Positions 1-13,486 of a DNA stretch of 64,000 nt are shown piece by piece (within the stretch, counting starts at the first letter, position 1; every line of letters starts with the position of its first letter). The notes under the pieces are model-generated. The model saw nothing but the letters and a program-made list of their open reading frames with translations, made no database searches and was not told where the DNA came from. The DNA is from Nageia nagi (lineage: Eukaryota > Plantae > Pinophyta): assembly GCA_050084985.1 (NCBI GenBank), contig JBITNC010000001.1, forward strand, positions 86,862,001-86,926,000, written 5' to 3'. Made by a program: the position numbers and the translations under genes.

Positions 1-1080
1 TGGAAACAAAGGAAAAAGGTTTGTACAAGGAAAGGCTTAGAATACAAGTGTTTGCACAAGAAGGTGGTATGTCCCATGGAGTGGGAGGTATGGATCGATT
101 GAGGTTCATGGAACTTCAAAGTGAAAAGGTAATGTCAACTATTTTAGCACACAGGGAGGCCTTCCTCTTACAATGATCTTTTGTCTCGATGCACTGCTTT
201 AATTAGTGGTAATGCAATTTAGACACTATGACCAACACAATAATCAAACAATGGAACAATGATACTATATTATTGATAAAAGTGAAGATCCATATACAAC
301 AAGAGTTACAATGCAATAGTCAGAAACTCTCACCGTGATGATAGCAATGGACTTGGTTATCATGTGAGGAACACCACCACTTGCTCAACTCAACAACCAC
401 TACCACAAACTCACAAAGAGAGCCTTCTTACAACACAACTCTAACCTTCTCTTTACTTGGATAATCACAAACACAATAGAACACTTTGACACACTTATGA
501 TTCTTAAGTTATGACACTAAGACTCAAGACTCATCACACATATATAAACTTCTTCACAACTCACTCACAACTTCCAAACATCTTTCCAACTTGATTTACC
601 TTCACTTTACTCGCACTTGACTTCCACTAGACTTGTGTTTGACTTGCCTTACATGCCCATAGTACTTCTCTATTTATAGGCTAGAGAAGGTATATAGATT
701 TTTCTACAACTTGAATTTTAAAATACATTATATCTCCATCTCTAGAAATATCCAAACCACTTTTAGAAATATCCATGAGATGCAACATGGATCTTTTGCC
801 ACATAAGAAGAGGAGATAAATCTTTGTGAGAGAGACTATTGTAGTAAGGATTCCTTGTAAGAATAAAGAGGAGAGGGCAAAAGTTGTAGCATGCGTTGTA
901 TCCCTTTGTTGCTTGAATTGATTTAATCAAAAGGATTGAATATTCTTCATGGATGTAGCCCACATTGGGTGAACCCTGTTACATAGTTTTTCTTGTCTCA
1001 TGTGAATTTGTTTGTTTATTTTCTTCTGATTTTAAATTGAGTAATTGCTCAACTATATTTTTATATAGTGAATCCTAACA
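1..1080. mobile_element. LTR-like sequence (probably two fragments in opposite orientation)
   Basis: Minus-strand TATA (ctatttatagg ~671) in CA-rich sequence; ggatgtagc..gtgaacc motif ~951; ends cctaaca at 1080. Confidence 0.5.
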
Positions 1081-2555
1081 GGATCCACATGATTACTAGA
1101 CATGCATAGACTCACGAAGGAATGAATTATGACCTAGCATACATTCATCTTCAACTTGGATATGACATGTAGGGAGATCAGCTGTAGCTCAAGTATTTTG
1201 GATAGCTTTTAGCATATCTCGCATCAAAGATAATGTTGCTATGACATAGTGGCAGGCCAGTAAAATTCTACATAAGTTACAACGTTCTGACAGTCATGCT
1301 CAATTTAACTTTTCTGTACTTCTTAATGTACATTCGATTACCTCTCTCTTCAAAGACCCTGCACTAACACCATATTTTTCAGCATTCTGTTATAAACTAT
1401 TTCTCAAAACAATAACAGTAATAAGGCCACAACAAAACCTGTGACAAAAACCATACAATTTCAGAGATGCAAATTCAACTTTGCATATTTATGAGAATCA
1501 TGTACAATTAAACGTATATCCTACTATAAATTTTCTACTGTAGGAGAAATGTATTTTGGGTAATCAAATGACGGCAAGACATAACCATTGCTTCATTAAG
1601 ATGCCCGACATAACTATCCTTGAAAATCATGGTGGGATTAATTTATTCATCATACCACTCCAATAGTGGCCTCATTAGTAGCTAAAATTAAGTGCTTCAC
1701 TTTTTCATGACATTTTTTAAAATAAATTGCATTCTGAATTAGATTTACAAGCAAACTCTCAAGACCATCCCTGTCCAGCTCTTCCCATTTACCATGGCCC
1801 ACCATGAAAGTTCTTGTCTGTCTCTTCTGATGAATAAAAATAAACAAAATAACAAATCCTTTGGGGAGAAAGGTTAATGCATACTCACCTGAAGGTTTCC
1901 ATTTCATGTTAATCAAGGTTATGCCATCACACAGTCCATTGAATATGCAAATTATGGCTTTTTCTATCAGCTCCTTCACTGTTGGTTCCACCATACCAAA
2001 GTTAATTTCAACTTCTTCAGTTCTGGCAATGGCTCCATTTTCCACTTTCTCATATAATCCAAATCTCAAACCCCTTGCTATCATACCACAGCTTTCTTTA
2101 TGCGTGCCTTAACTTGGAATGATTTAATCATGTCTCTTGCCCAAGAAATCTTCAAATGCAGTAGATCCAAAAAGCCCTCATTTTGCTTTCAAATCTTTTA
2201 CTCTTTTCTCTATGTAAATTTTCCACAAGTAGCCCTACATTATGTGTTGTTCTGGACTCCACTTCTCAGGAAAGAGGCTTAGTCCAGATGCACCATCTGT
2301 TGCTGCCATAGCAGGTTCCCTCAAACCCGAGGAAAGCTAGGGAAGGCTGAATTTTTCTTAAGTCAGGCAGCAATTAGCAAAAGGTGGTTAGCATTTCAAT
2401 GTTCTAAATCATGACTTTCCTTCATTTCACAGCTTTCCTTTACTTTGTTTAGTTTTTTATAACATTAATCCATAACAAACTTAAATATATATTTATAACT
2501 TTTATTTTACCATATTTTAAAATTTTGAAAAATTAAACTAAAACATAATATATAT

Positions 2556-4156
2556 TGTAAGATCAAAATATTTCTTTCTGTGCTCGGTCTATTACGAGAT
2601 CCGAGGCCAATAATATTGCCTCTTCTGGGACTCACAATTCATTAGCTACATTCCTCTAGTATCCGGATCAGCGTTGCATGGTCCTATACTTCTGAGAGAC
2701 CTCCTTTTTATGGAGAGGCCTTCTAGCATGTGCCCAACAACTAACAAAGGACCAATGGATTACTTCATTTTTTTGAGCTTCTTCCCCTGTGGGGGTTGTA
2801 GGAGACAACGTGTTGGGGATCCACACCTTCGTCGTCGGACCAGGAAATGTATTCATGGCATCCAAGTCCCGTTAAGGATTCGATAGATCACATCCCTCTT
2901 CTCCTCTATCAACAATACCATAGTGTTGGAATGTTTTTCTTTCCACTTACAAAGATCACCTAGGTGATAACTAGGAAAGGGCATCCAACATGTGAGTGAG
3001 GTTGCGTTACTAACCTCCACTTGAAAGGACTGGTTACCCCAAGGTTTCTAGCATCAATGTCTTATACAACTATGATAGTAGCTATACTTGGAATGTTCAG
3101 TGGGAGGATAGAGGTAGCAATGGTTAACCACGTTTGTTGTGAGCACTGGAGTTGTTCTACACCAATGGAAAGTATAGACTTTTGATGGTAAAGAAAGTAA
3201 AAATAACAAAAGAAAAGCGTAAAAATGGGGATGATGGCACACAAGGGGGTAAATTCAATGACAACCCACCGATGAACTAGGGGTTGGATCACCTTTCTAT
3301 TGGATTTATTATGAAATATGACACTTATCCCACCTTGCTACAAACGACTATGTCTAAATTGTAAACAAGTAAAAGCCTATAGAAGTGTTGCGAAAGGAAC
3401 AACAAAGTGAGTAGCACATCAAACCAAATGATATAGAAGAGATTTCACCAACATTAATTCATTTTCATGCAAAAGAGTGAGTAATGTTCATCGAATAGCA
3501 ATTATACAACTTCATGAGATATTCAACCATCTTTCTAACAAGCTTACACTTGTAAGAAATGTACACAAGTCATGTAATAACTACAAGTAAACACCAAGCA
3601 CAAGTACTCAAACTCACAATCTCATTGAGTGGAGACAAGTCTTGTTTTGATTAGTTGTGCATCACATTCACATACAAGAAAAAATTAAAGTTTATACAAA
3701 TTTCACAACAGCCCTCTTTGAGCAAATGATCATCCTCCCCCTACAAATGACCTTCTTGAGGTACTTATAGTTTCTCAAAACCCTAATAAGTGTTGCCCTA
3801 AAGAAAAAATTAAAGTTTATACAAATTTCACAACAGCCCTCTTTGAGCAAATGATCATCCTCCCCCTACAAATGACCTTCTTGAGGTACTTATAGTTTCT
3901 CAAAACCCTAATAAGTGTTGCCCTAATTCAAATTAAATTACATAAAATTTATTGAAATTCACCTAATTTTAGCAAATTCTACCCTAATTCAAATGAAATT
4001 AATAAAGTAAAATGAAATGAAATGTCTTGAAATGAAGCTGAAATGAAATACCCCTTTCAACCTCATCCATCACAAGGTGAAAAATAACTAAGTCTAAAAG
4101 AAAAACCAACTCAATAGTCCCAACAAAGAATGTATGCATCGATCAAACATGTTACA
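2556..4156 (-). mobile_element. LTR-like region, boundaries uncertain
   Basis: LTR-like composition with candidate termini tgtaa/ttaca or tgttgg/ccaaca; no TSD found. Confidence 0.35.
3676..3925 (+). repeat. Perfect 125-bp tandem duplication
   Basis: aagaaaaaattaaag...gttgcccta at 3676 and 3801, identical by eye. Confidence 0.95.
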
Positions 4157-4269
4157 TAATGAATGCAATGTGTTCCTCAAATCCATTATCCATGTGATCA
4201 CCATTATTTTGCAACACATGGAGGGTGTTCTTAGCATCATTGCCAATGAAAGACCAACTGCTGCTGTAC

Positions 4270-4610
4270 CATTCTAACCAGATGCCTTATAACATCAAAT
4301 TGAATTTTGTTTCTTTGCTCCTGGGAATGCTATTCAGATACAGGTGAACAGCTAAAAAAAGTGATTTGCAATATCCATCTCAAGCGAGGAACAGTAAATA
4401 CTTTCCAAAGCAGAAACCTCTCAGTAAACAATATCCTGACTGATGCTTTCTTCTTGAATACGCCATCAAATAACATGCGAATCATCCAATAAGCTTCTTC
4501 ATCATCAAGATTTGCAATAACCATCTCCCACAGTAAAGCTTCAGCCCATCTCTCCATCGCATATGAATCTTTGATCGCTGCAGCAGTAGCTTGCCAAAAA
4601 ATTCAGCGCA
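4270..4610 (-). pseudogene. TEL2: TEL2/TELO2 (TTT complex) gene fragment
   Basis: FWQATAAAIKDSYAMERWAEALL...EAYWMIRMLF...ASVRILFTERFLLWKVFTVPRLRWILQ matches the plant TEL2 FLLWKVF..LRWILQ segment as I recall it; in-frame stops at both ends. Confidence 0.75.
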
Positions 4611-4724
4611 CAAGTTGCCTTGACTGATTCTGTTGGAATATGTACAGCTGCTGCTTCTGAATTTAAATAAAGCAAACTTGCCATAGCCATGAATCACACA
4701 TCCTCCCCACATGCAACTGACATA

Positions 4725-4980
4725 ACTGTGCAACTTGTCAAACAATTCTCCGGACTTATGTATTCCTCTATACTTTGCCTACAAGTCTCGCAAGGCAGCC
4801 ACAAACCCAACGGGGCAGAAAACTGCATTGATCATGAGTCTTGGATGTGTGCATTCCAACTGGATAAACCTTTGTCACAAATCTCCCCGGCTGTTATCAC
4901 ATTTGCATGCAAAAAAAACCCCGTCTGACTATTTTGTCCATGAATGCCTTGCACCACCCGTCCAGCAAACCCACAATGTT
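4725..4980 (-). pseudogene. Degenerate PLS-class PPR fragment
   Basis: HPRLMINAVFCPVGFVAALRDL*AKYRGIHKSGELFDKLH resembles ALVDMYAKCGSIHKARELFDKMH. Confidence 0.6.
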
Positions 4981-5224
4981 CTTTGCCATAACCATGAGCT
5001 TCATATCCTCCATCATATGGGACTCATTGTGGCAGCTAAGCGCAGATTTCAAAGGAGACATTTTTTTCCTATTATGAGAGATGGGCTATGCACCCCTTTT
5101 ATTTACTTTACGCCTGTTCAAAAAAATCAACGCTTAAAACCTCATGAAATTTTATCCATTCACGATGAAAAACATTTATATTTATTTTTGCCATTTGCAA
5201 TGTGGGTGCTCAAAAGGGTTATTA

Positions 5225-8200
5225 CTAGCAATTGCAACCAAGTGCAATGGGTACGCTGCTTTCCAAGCAAAAACATTAATAATAAATCATAGTAAATTTG
5301 ACATATTACCAAATTTTAGGTAGACTTATTCTTGTATTAAAGATATACTTTGCATCAAAATTCAAGTAAGAATAGAGAAAATTGAATGAACTAATTCATA
5401 ATGTGCAAGAAACTTTTAGACTGCTTATGGACTTACTATCTGCCGATTTCCTCCAAAAAGTATGATGTCATTACTCAAATCTAGCGGGGTCTATTGAATA
5501 TAGAGTTATGAAAAAGTCACGTCCAGGTGAAGTTTATAAGTCATTTCGGGATGTATTGTATTGAGTCTGTGTATTTGTCTAAGTCAAGTTCGAGCCCTAT
5601 TACCAGTCAAATTACTTATGTTTTGGTCTAGCATAGTTCGGGTCTTGTTTCCGGGTGTTATTATATATAGTCTATTTGTTCGTCTAAATTATACCTGGGG
5701 CCTATCTCAAGTCTAGTTAAGTTTCGGTCTTGTATAGTCGGGGGGTTATTTCCGAGCCCTGTTGTACATAATTGTCAGTTTAGGTTAAGTCATGTAGCAG
5801 GCAATGTTGTCACAAGAGTCAAGTCTGGGCCCTATTGTGAGTCAAATTACTTATGTTTTGATCTAGCGTAGTCCAAGTATTGTTTTCGGACCTCGTATAT
5901 AAATGTTAATTTATGGTTAAGTAATGTAGCGGGCGTTGTCGAAAGAGTCAAGTTAAGTAGGGCCCTTGAAAACCAAACAATGACATCATACTTTTCAGCG
6001 GAAATCAACAAACTCTAGACAGCTTCATCAGCAAGTGATCTTGATAGTTTTTCATAGTGGAAAATGTTCATAACTCTATATTCAACAAACCCCGCCAATT
6101 TTGAATGATGACATCACACTTTGTAGAGAAAATCGACAGGTAATAAGTTCCACGGATATTTAGCAACCCCCACCAAAGCATAACAATACCCGTTGAGGCA
6201 TAACAAGACCCACCAAGGACAAATAAATACCGTAAGTGGAGGTGAACACTTGGGATCACTTAATCAAAGGTGTATAACCCCCGAGACTCTGTCAACGTGT
6301 CAACTACAACTCATTTCCACATGGCAACAGTAATTGATCTATTATTAATCTTGGCTATAGATTACTGCATGTGCAGTAATGCTCGGGCTTATTAATTTCG
6401 TTTGCTTTCATGTTATTTGCTTTCTTTATTCAGTAGTTTATGTTTTTATCTCTTTCCTGTTACTTTTGACCTTTTTCATAGATAGGAACCAACCTATAAC
6501 CCAGTGATTGAGCAGAAAACCCCATGAGCCCATTGTCCCACCACTTTCTGGTCATTCAAGAACCTTGCTGTTATCAGGTGATGGAGAACTTTCCAGACCA
6601 AACCCTTTAGCGTTACATCATCTTGATCAACAATGACTTATAAACTTCACCCTAACATGGTTCATATGACTTTGTACAAACAACTCTCGCCTATTAACCA
6701 AATGGCAGTTTTGAATGACTTTCCACTGACTAAGACCCGATAATATGAACACAACCCGAAAATACCTTAAACAATACCAAGCCCTGACTAAGAATAACAT
6801 TTGAAATACATCAATATTGAACATGATAAGTATAAGCATGATATGTATATTGAATTTATTTTTGTGTCATATATTAAAAAATTTTGTTTGAAAAGTGAAA
6901 GTATATTAAGTTATGTTATTTGAAAAGGCGATATTTATTTATTGTATTAACATTTGATAATGACATTAAGCATTTTTCTTCTTTTTTGCGATGACTAACA
7001 TTTGCACTTGCTCCCATGCGTGCGTATCTGTGGAATGTGAAGGTAGGATGTATTCGTAGACAAGATAGTCCACAAACTCTTGAAATAGCTGTAAAAATAA
7101 GCCTTTGTCGATCAATGTTGCTAATATCAATTGTTGCCCTTTCAAGTGTAAGCCTTTGTGATTTGTGTATTGTCAAGGCCCAGGTCATTTTCAGTAGAAT
7201 TTGTCATCGTCGACCACAACTCAATGGGCATATAGAAACATATTTTGGGTTATTTTGATCCCAAAATGGTCCAATATAATTATGGAATTGAACTTATGTT
7301 GTGGACGTTATTTTCTAATGAATTATCATCTCCAACATTTGTTTCCATAGAATTTATTTCAAAGGATTTTGCGTTTATAGTTGTTGTATATAGAAGATTT
7401 GAAATATCTGTAGATGTTTCTGGTAACTCAGATAATGCATCTTCATTTAACTGTACTTCTTTGTAGTATGGATCAAATTTAATTTTGAATTTCAATGCCT
7501 CATGCACTTTACTTCTACAAATATTCCTGATCTTTGATATATTTCCTGTTCACTACTAATATGTCTAATCCATTTAGAGTTATGGGCAGATGAGTTGCAA
7601 TTGTAGAAATATCCTGTGGAAAACAAATAGTGTGACCATTATATTGTAGTTGGCCTCCTCTTGCATATGTAACCTAAAGGACATGACTAGTTCTTGCTAT
7701 CAGCATCTCCTCAATCTGAGTCAATTTTTGCAAACATGGAGGTTGTTTACCGGGGTCCATGTTGTTCCATTTTGAGAAGCGGTTACCATTCTTTTCTGAT
7801 TTACATCTATAAGAACTACATTTTCCATCTGTCTTGTTTTTATTCTTGGATATCATTCCTTGCACGCATAACATGTAGCCATATTTGAAAACTTGTCCAA
7901 TTTGGATCAAAATTTATTTCTAGCAATGTAATATTCTGGAGTGAAAGGTGGAGGTGAGTGGATTGGTGGAAGCATTGGAGGTGCATGTGTTAATATGGAT
8001 GTGCCTGTTTTTGTAAGATTATCAATGATTGGAAATAGTGCAGGCGAGTGAATGTGGGAAGGTAATTGAGGTGAAATTGTTGATGTGGGTATGGATGTTG
8101 ATGTTGCATCAATAACGATTTGTTGATTTTGTTGTCTTCTTGCTTTGAGATTATCTGCTCTAGCATGTTCATGTCTACACCTCATTTGATTTTCACAAGC

Positions 8201-9092
8201 TGTACTTGCTTGGATGATATGATTTTGTTGTTCTATGAAAAGGTATGTTGTATATCAATGAACAACTAATTCATCAAGTTATGTTATGTTGATTTTCAAA
8301 AGCCATTCATTAGTAATGAACATAACATTTTTTGTTGTATTTTTATTTTTTTTATGTTATCATGTGTATGTATGTAACAAGCAAGTAGTGAACAACTAAT
8401 TTATCACATATAACATAATGAAGGCAGCGGTAGAATATGGTACCATTATCACAATCAAGATAAAGTGCAAAGATTTTTCCTATTGAGAAATGCATGAAAT
8501 ATGCTCAAATCATATGTGGGTTCTAAATTCAAAACAAAAATAGTTAGACAAGTAAAATTTATTTATCATCGTAAAAACTAATTTGAGATATATTTGAAAT
8601 GTATTTCTCATGTGGCTAGATGACTTTACAAAATGGGTATTCAATGTATCGCTGAATTATGTAACTTATACATGTTGAAAAAAGAAGCAACTTTATATAT
8701 GCTTAATGCCTGTAATAGCAATGCTTTCTACTAGCTTGCCACGATATTGATCCACCTTAATGGACAAATGAAAAAGAAACTGACAGTTGACAATTTTCTC
8801 CAAGATGTGTTGTGCGCCATTTGATTCTGCTAATAAAAGTTGGAAAGTTTCAACATTGACATCCAACAAGGTTGTTGCTAGATGACTTTACAAAATGGGT
8901 ATTCAATGTATCGTTGAATTATGTAACTTATACTTGTTGAGAAAAGAAGCAACTTTATATATACTTAATGCCTGTAATAACAATGCTTTCTGTTAGTTTG
9001 CCACGATATTGATCCACCTTAATGGAAAAATGAAAAACAAATTGAAAGTTGACAATTTTCTCCAAGATGTGTTGTGCACCATTTGATTCTGC
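5225..9092 (-). mobile_element. Internally deleted second copy of the same HLE2-type element, inverted
   Basis: 9092-7290 is the reverse complement of ~12685-14536. It joins directly to the helicase C-terminus (QFHNYIGPFW...MTWALTIHKSQRLTLERATIDI...TAISRV). 6916-5378 mirrors 19700-21257, and 5410-5239 mirrors 18895-19070. Confidence 0.9.
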
Positions 9093-9559
9093 ATCCCAAT
9101 GGTAATGTTCTTCTCCGTTTTGAGCCCTTTTATTCCTTATTCAAAAAAATTTCCCTATTCGTTATACATCGTTCATCTAATTAACAGTTTGTTTAATTGC
9201 CTATGAGTACAGGTGGAGTTATTGTAAATGAGTAAGCTAGATGAATGTTATGTTGAACAATGCATTTTCAGCAGCAGTGGTGATACTATTTGGTTTTTGT
9301 AATTATAATGACATACGAAGCTAGGTGCAAAACAACGTGCAAGACAATTTAAGAAGGATAAGAACAACTAAAATTACAAATGAATTATGGTATTGTGTAG
9401 GGAATTACGCTATATTGTTAGCTCCATTTCGGTGTTGGTCTGGTTCTTCCTGATTCCTGTGGTGGACTATTCCTATGGATTTCTGTGGTCAGCTCTTCCC
9501 TTCTCGCTTGTTGTGGTCGACTCTTCCCTTCAGATGCTAAATGAGAAGTAAATAAATAT

Positions 9560-10640
9560 CAACATATTAAGTAAATAGTGAAAGGTGGAAAAAATGCAAT
9601 AAATGATATATCCGATCATTTTTGGATGCCACTACGTTGCTCAACTACAAGTATAAACGATGTGTCGGTAATGAATCCAACACATCGTAAGGATGCCAAC
9701 ACTGCTACTTTGAATCCAACAATGGAGAGAAACACAACTGCAACTCTGCAAGGACAACAGGCATCCTTCGTGGCTACCCAAAAATGTGTGATATTACTTT
9801 GTGTCGGCAGTGAATCCAACACATCGTAAGGATGCAACGAATTAAATACTGAAAGGTGGCCAAAATGCAATAAATGATATATCCGATCATTTTTGAATGT
9901 CGCTCCATTGCTCAACTACAATTACAAACGATGTGTTGGTAGTGAATCCAACACATCGTAAAGATGCCAACGTTGCTACTTTTAATCCAATAGTGGAGAG
10001 ACACATTTGCAACTCTGCAAGGACAACAAACATCCTTCGTAGTGTTAGAATGTATAATGCATTATTGTAAAAGTTATGTAATAATCTTCTATGTAAGTTC
10101 ACTAATACTTAAGGATATCATTTGATACCTTAAGTATTTAAGTGAATATGATAATGTAATTTGTCCTACACTCCATGTCATGAGCTTTCCCCTTGAGTAA
10201 AAGGATGTGCATGTCATGCTTTTGTACATTGAATAAAAGGGTGATCCAAAGAGGGATTTTGGCTTATAAATAGAAGGCTCCCTCTTTGTGATCACACACC
10301 AATTTGTGGAGTAAAATTATGCTAGTAGATAGTGTTTAGGAGTTGAGGTTAGAAAGTTTGTAAGAGTTCATATTGTGAGTAAAGTGAGATCTAGTTAGTG
10401 GATGTACTCCAAGTTGGAGGAACCACTTACATCTTGTGTTACATTGTGAGATTGCTTGTGAGTTTGTTAGTTGTGTTTGTGAGCTTTCAAAAGATCTTGG
10501 TTGTTTAGGAATTATATTGTTAGTGTTAGTTCCTTCACGTAGCTACCTAAAACTGTGTGATATTATGAGAAACACAACTGCAACTCTGCAAGGACAACGA
10601 GCATCCTTCGTGACTACCTAAAAAAGTGTGATATTTTCGA
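9560..10640. repeat. Modular direct repeats between the two Helitron copies (interrupted by the solo LTR)
   Basis: Recurrent aatccaacacatcgtaaggatgc (x3), gcaactctgcaaggacaac..catccttcgt (x3), aaatgcaataaatgatatatccgatcattttt (x2). Confidence 0.8.
10043..10537 (+). mobile_element. Solo LTR (495 bp)
   Basis: TG...CA ends, perfect 5-bp TSD CGTAG on both sides, TATA box (tataaata ~10265). The empty site matches the neighbouring repeat unit catccttcgtggctacc. Confidence 0.92.
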
Positions 10641-10815
10641 TATTGAAAGGGCCCGTCAATTCTTTAACAAGATGCATAATGCCACAATAGGTTTCATACA
10701 TACATGAAAGACTTTCTGTCAGATATTGTGGCTGTGAATGCCTTGGTTGTCATGTATGCAAAATGTGGAACGTATTGAAGGCACACAAATTGTTTGACAA
10801 GATGCATGATACAAG
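10640..10815 (+). pseudogene. PLS-class PPR gene fragments
   Basis: IERARQFFNKMHNA and SDIVAVNALVVMYAKCG / KAHKLFDKMHD. Confidence 0.75.
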
Positions 10816-11020
10816 CAATTTAATTTCCATCGAGGACAATGGTTGTCAAAGCTCTGATCAGCGATGTGAAGGGTTGATATCGTTTCAATCATGGATGGTG
10901 ATTCTGCATGTCTATCAACCGTGCGATCAAAAACTGAGCCAAAAAGGATCAAAGAGGAAATGCCTTACGGCATAATTATAATGTACAAGTCTATATCTTC
11001 CACCTTGTTTAAGGTAACCA

Positions 11021-12780
11021 ATGGTTGATTTAACTATAGATGCCATTGCAAGTATAGTTGCAAGCATGAATAGTCTTCAACCCTCTTTACAAGTACCATC
11101 TATAGAAATGATCAGCCAACAATCTTCTACAAATGTTAGGCATCAACTACAACTATCTAATGGTTCACATAGCCACCTAGCATTGCTTCCTGAGCAATAC
11201 AATGATCTTGTTTCAGAAAAAGCTTTGGACAAAGAAAGTATTGTTTGCCTACAACAATACACTTCCAAGATATTTAATAACTATACGTACATTCAACAAA
11301 ACAAACCACTACTTCAAATTGCCATTTTTTCATGTACAACTTTTGATTCGTTCATACATGTTATTTGTTTGCAGAGCTATTGTAATTGCTCGATTAAATA
11401 TACTTGCAAACAATGTCCCACTTATTGGAACTCCAATACCTCTCCTGCAAGCTACAAGTTCTCTTCCATCAAGTAGCTCCCATGACTACTTGGGTTCTTC
11501 TCAATCTTCATATGCTTCAACACAAGGACAACATTTGCAATGAAAAACACAATACAACACCTTTAGCACTAGATTCCATTAAGACATTGGCCTTATATAT
11601 GAGGGAATGGTCAATTGAAGGAACAGCAATAGAAAGTAATTCGTGAATATCATAATGCCACAGGTCACAATAAACTGTTCAAGTTCGACTTCATTGATAA
11701 AGAAGGGTCTGAGATACATATCACCTATGTCAATCAACTTGTTTTCCAATTCTATGATATTGTAAATTCAAATAATGTTTACATGATTTGCAATGGTCAA
11801 GTTAAATAAGCCAACCCAAGATATAATACTTCAATAAATCCTTTTGAAATAATGTTACAAAGCTCATCAACAATAACCCCATCCAACTGTGTTGAAAGTA
11901 CAATACCAACATACACCTAACATATCAAAAACATAGATTCGGTAGGCTCTTCATTGAATCATTCCATAGTGGATGTCATTGGCATTCTTGTAACAATTAC
12001 TGTTGCATCAACTATTTGTAAAAAAGATGGCACAAAATTAAAAAAATGCACAGCTACAATTATGGATACTTTTGGTTTTACCATTGATGTTACATTTTGA
12101 CGCCTTCATTGTGAAACCAAAGGAAAACAAATCTCAAAAATGCCTCTACAACCAAATCATCCAATCCTTCTAATCAAATCTGGGCATGTCAGTATCTGGT
12201 GTGGAAAATCTATAGAAACAATATTTTCAACCATAATCCTTATAAATCAAGATTTGCTAGAGTCTACTACAATACGAACATGGTACTCCAGTATGGGAAA
12301 TGACCAACCCATTCTTGTTTTCTCAACCAATCTCTTTTCCCCCAATGGCGTTTGCAAATCCAATTACCACTGCCACTATTCCTGAAATAATTTCTCTTGA
12401 CAAAGCCAATGTTTGCATCAAACACACTATTAAAAAACTCCATCTAGATGATTTTTACTACCTATCCTGCCCTCAATTAAATGACAACAAAAAATGTAAA
12501 AAAAAGTTGTCATATAAACCACCAATGTCCCAAATGTTCTATAGAACTTTTCGAATGTGACTTCAGCTACAAACTAAAGATGGACTTGCAGGATCATACA
12601 GATGAACTTATTAAAGTTACAGCATTTGAAGGAGCAGCAACAACCTTGTTGGGTGTCAATGCCGAAACTTTTCAACTTTTATTAGCAAAATCAAATGGTG
12701 CACAACACATATTGGAGAAAATTGTCAACTGTCAATTTCTTTTTCGTCCATCAAGGTGGATCAATATCGTGGCAAGCTAA
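11021..12780 (+). pseudogene. RPA1: RPA70/RPA1-like ssDNA-binding protein gene within the element (N domain + DBD-A/B/C)
   Basis: MVDLTIDAIA...LQLSNGSHSHLALL (RPA70N); GT-AG intron 11287-11374; LFKFDFIDKEGSEI (DBD-A); IVDVIGIL (DBD-B); FYYLSCPQ..KKCKKK..CPKC..YKLKMDLQDHT (DBD-C zinc finger). Stops and frameshifts present. Confidence 0.9.
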
Positions 12781-13158
12781 CAGAAAGCATTGTTATTACA
12801 GGCATTAAGTATATATAAAGTTGCTTCTTTTATCAACAAGTATAAGATACATAATTCAGCGATACATTGAATACCCATTTTGTAAAGTCATCTAGCAACA
12901 ACCTTGTTGGGTGTCAATGCTGAGACTTTTCAACTTTTATTAGCAGAATCAAATGGCGCACAACACATCTTGGAGAAAATTGTCAACTATCAGTTTCTTT
13001 TTCATTTGTCCATTAAAGTGGATCAATATCGTGGCAAGCTAGTAGAAAGCATTGTTATTAAAGGCATTAAGCATATATAAAGTTGCTTCTTTTTTCAACA
13101 TGTATGAGTTACATAATTCAGCGATACATTGAATACCCATTTTGTAAAGTCATCTAGC
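12637..13158 (+). repeat. ~260-bp tandem duplication of the RPA70 3' end
   Basis: gcaacaaccttgttgggtgtcaatgc at 12637 and 12895; the same duplication appears inverted at 8615-9092. Confidence 0.9.
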
Positions 13159-13486
13159 CACATGAGAAATACATTTCAAATATATCTCAAATCAGTTTTG
13201 TACATATCATTATTTATTTAAGCATAATGTTGTGTTTTACGATGATAAATAAATTTTACTTTTCTAGCTATTTTTGTTTTGAATTTAGAACCCACATATG
13301 ATTTGAGCATATTTCATGCATTTCTCAATAGGAAAATCTTTGCACTTTATCTTGATTGTGATAATGGTACCATATTCTACCGCTGCCTTCACTATGTTAT
13401 ATGTGATAAATTAGTTGTTCACTACTTGCTTTTTACATACATACACATGATAACATAAAAAAAATAAAAATACAACAAAAAATGCT

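Noticed and set aside
1650-2340. 144-aa minus-strand ORF, possible gene fragment with splice-like sites
   Set aside because: Could not be assigned to any family; needs BLASTx.
4735-5292. 185-aa plus-strand ORF
   Set aside because: No recognisable motif; lies antisense to the PPR fragment and crosses the element boundary.
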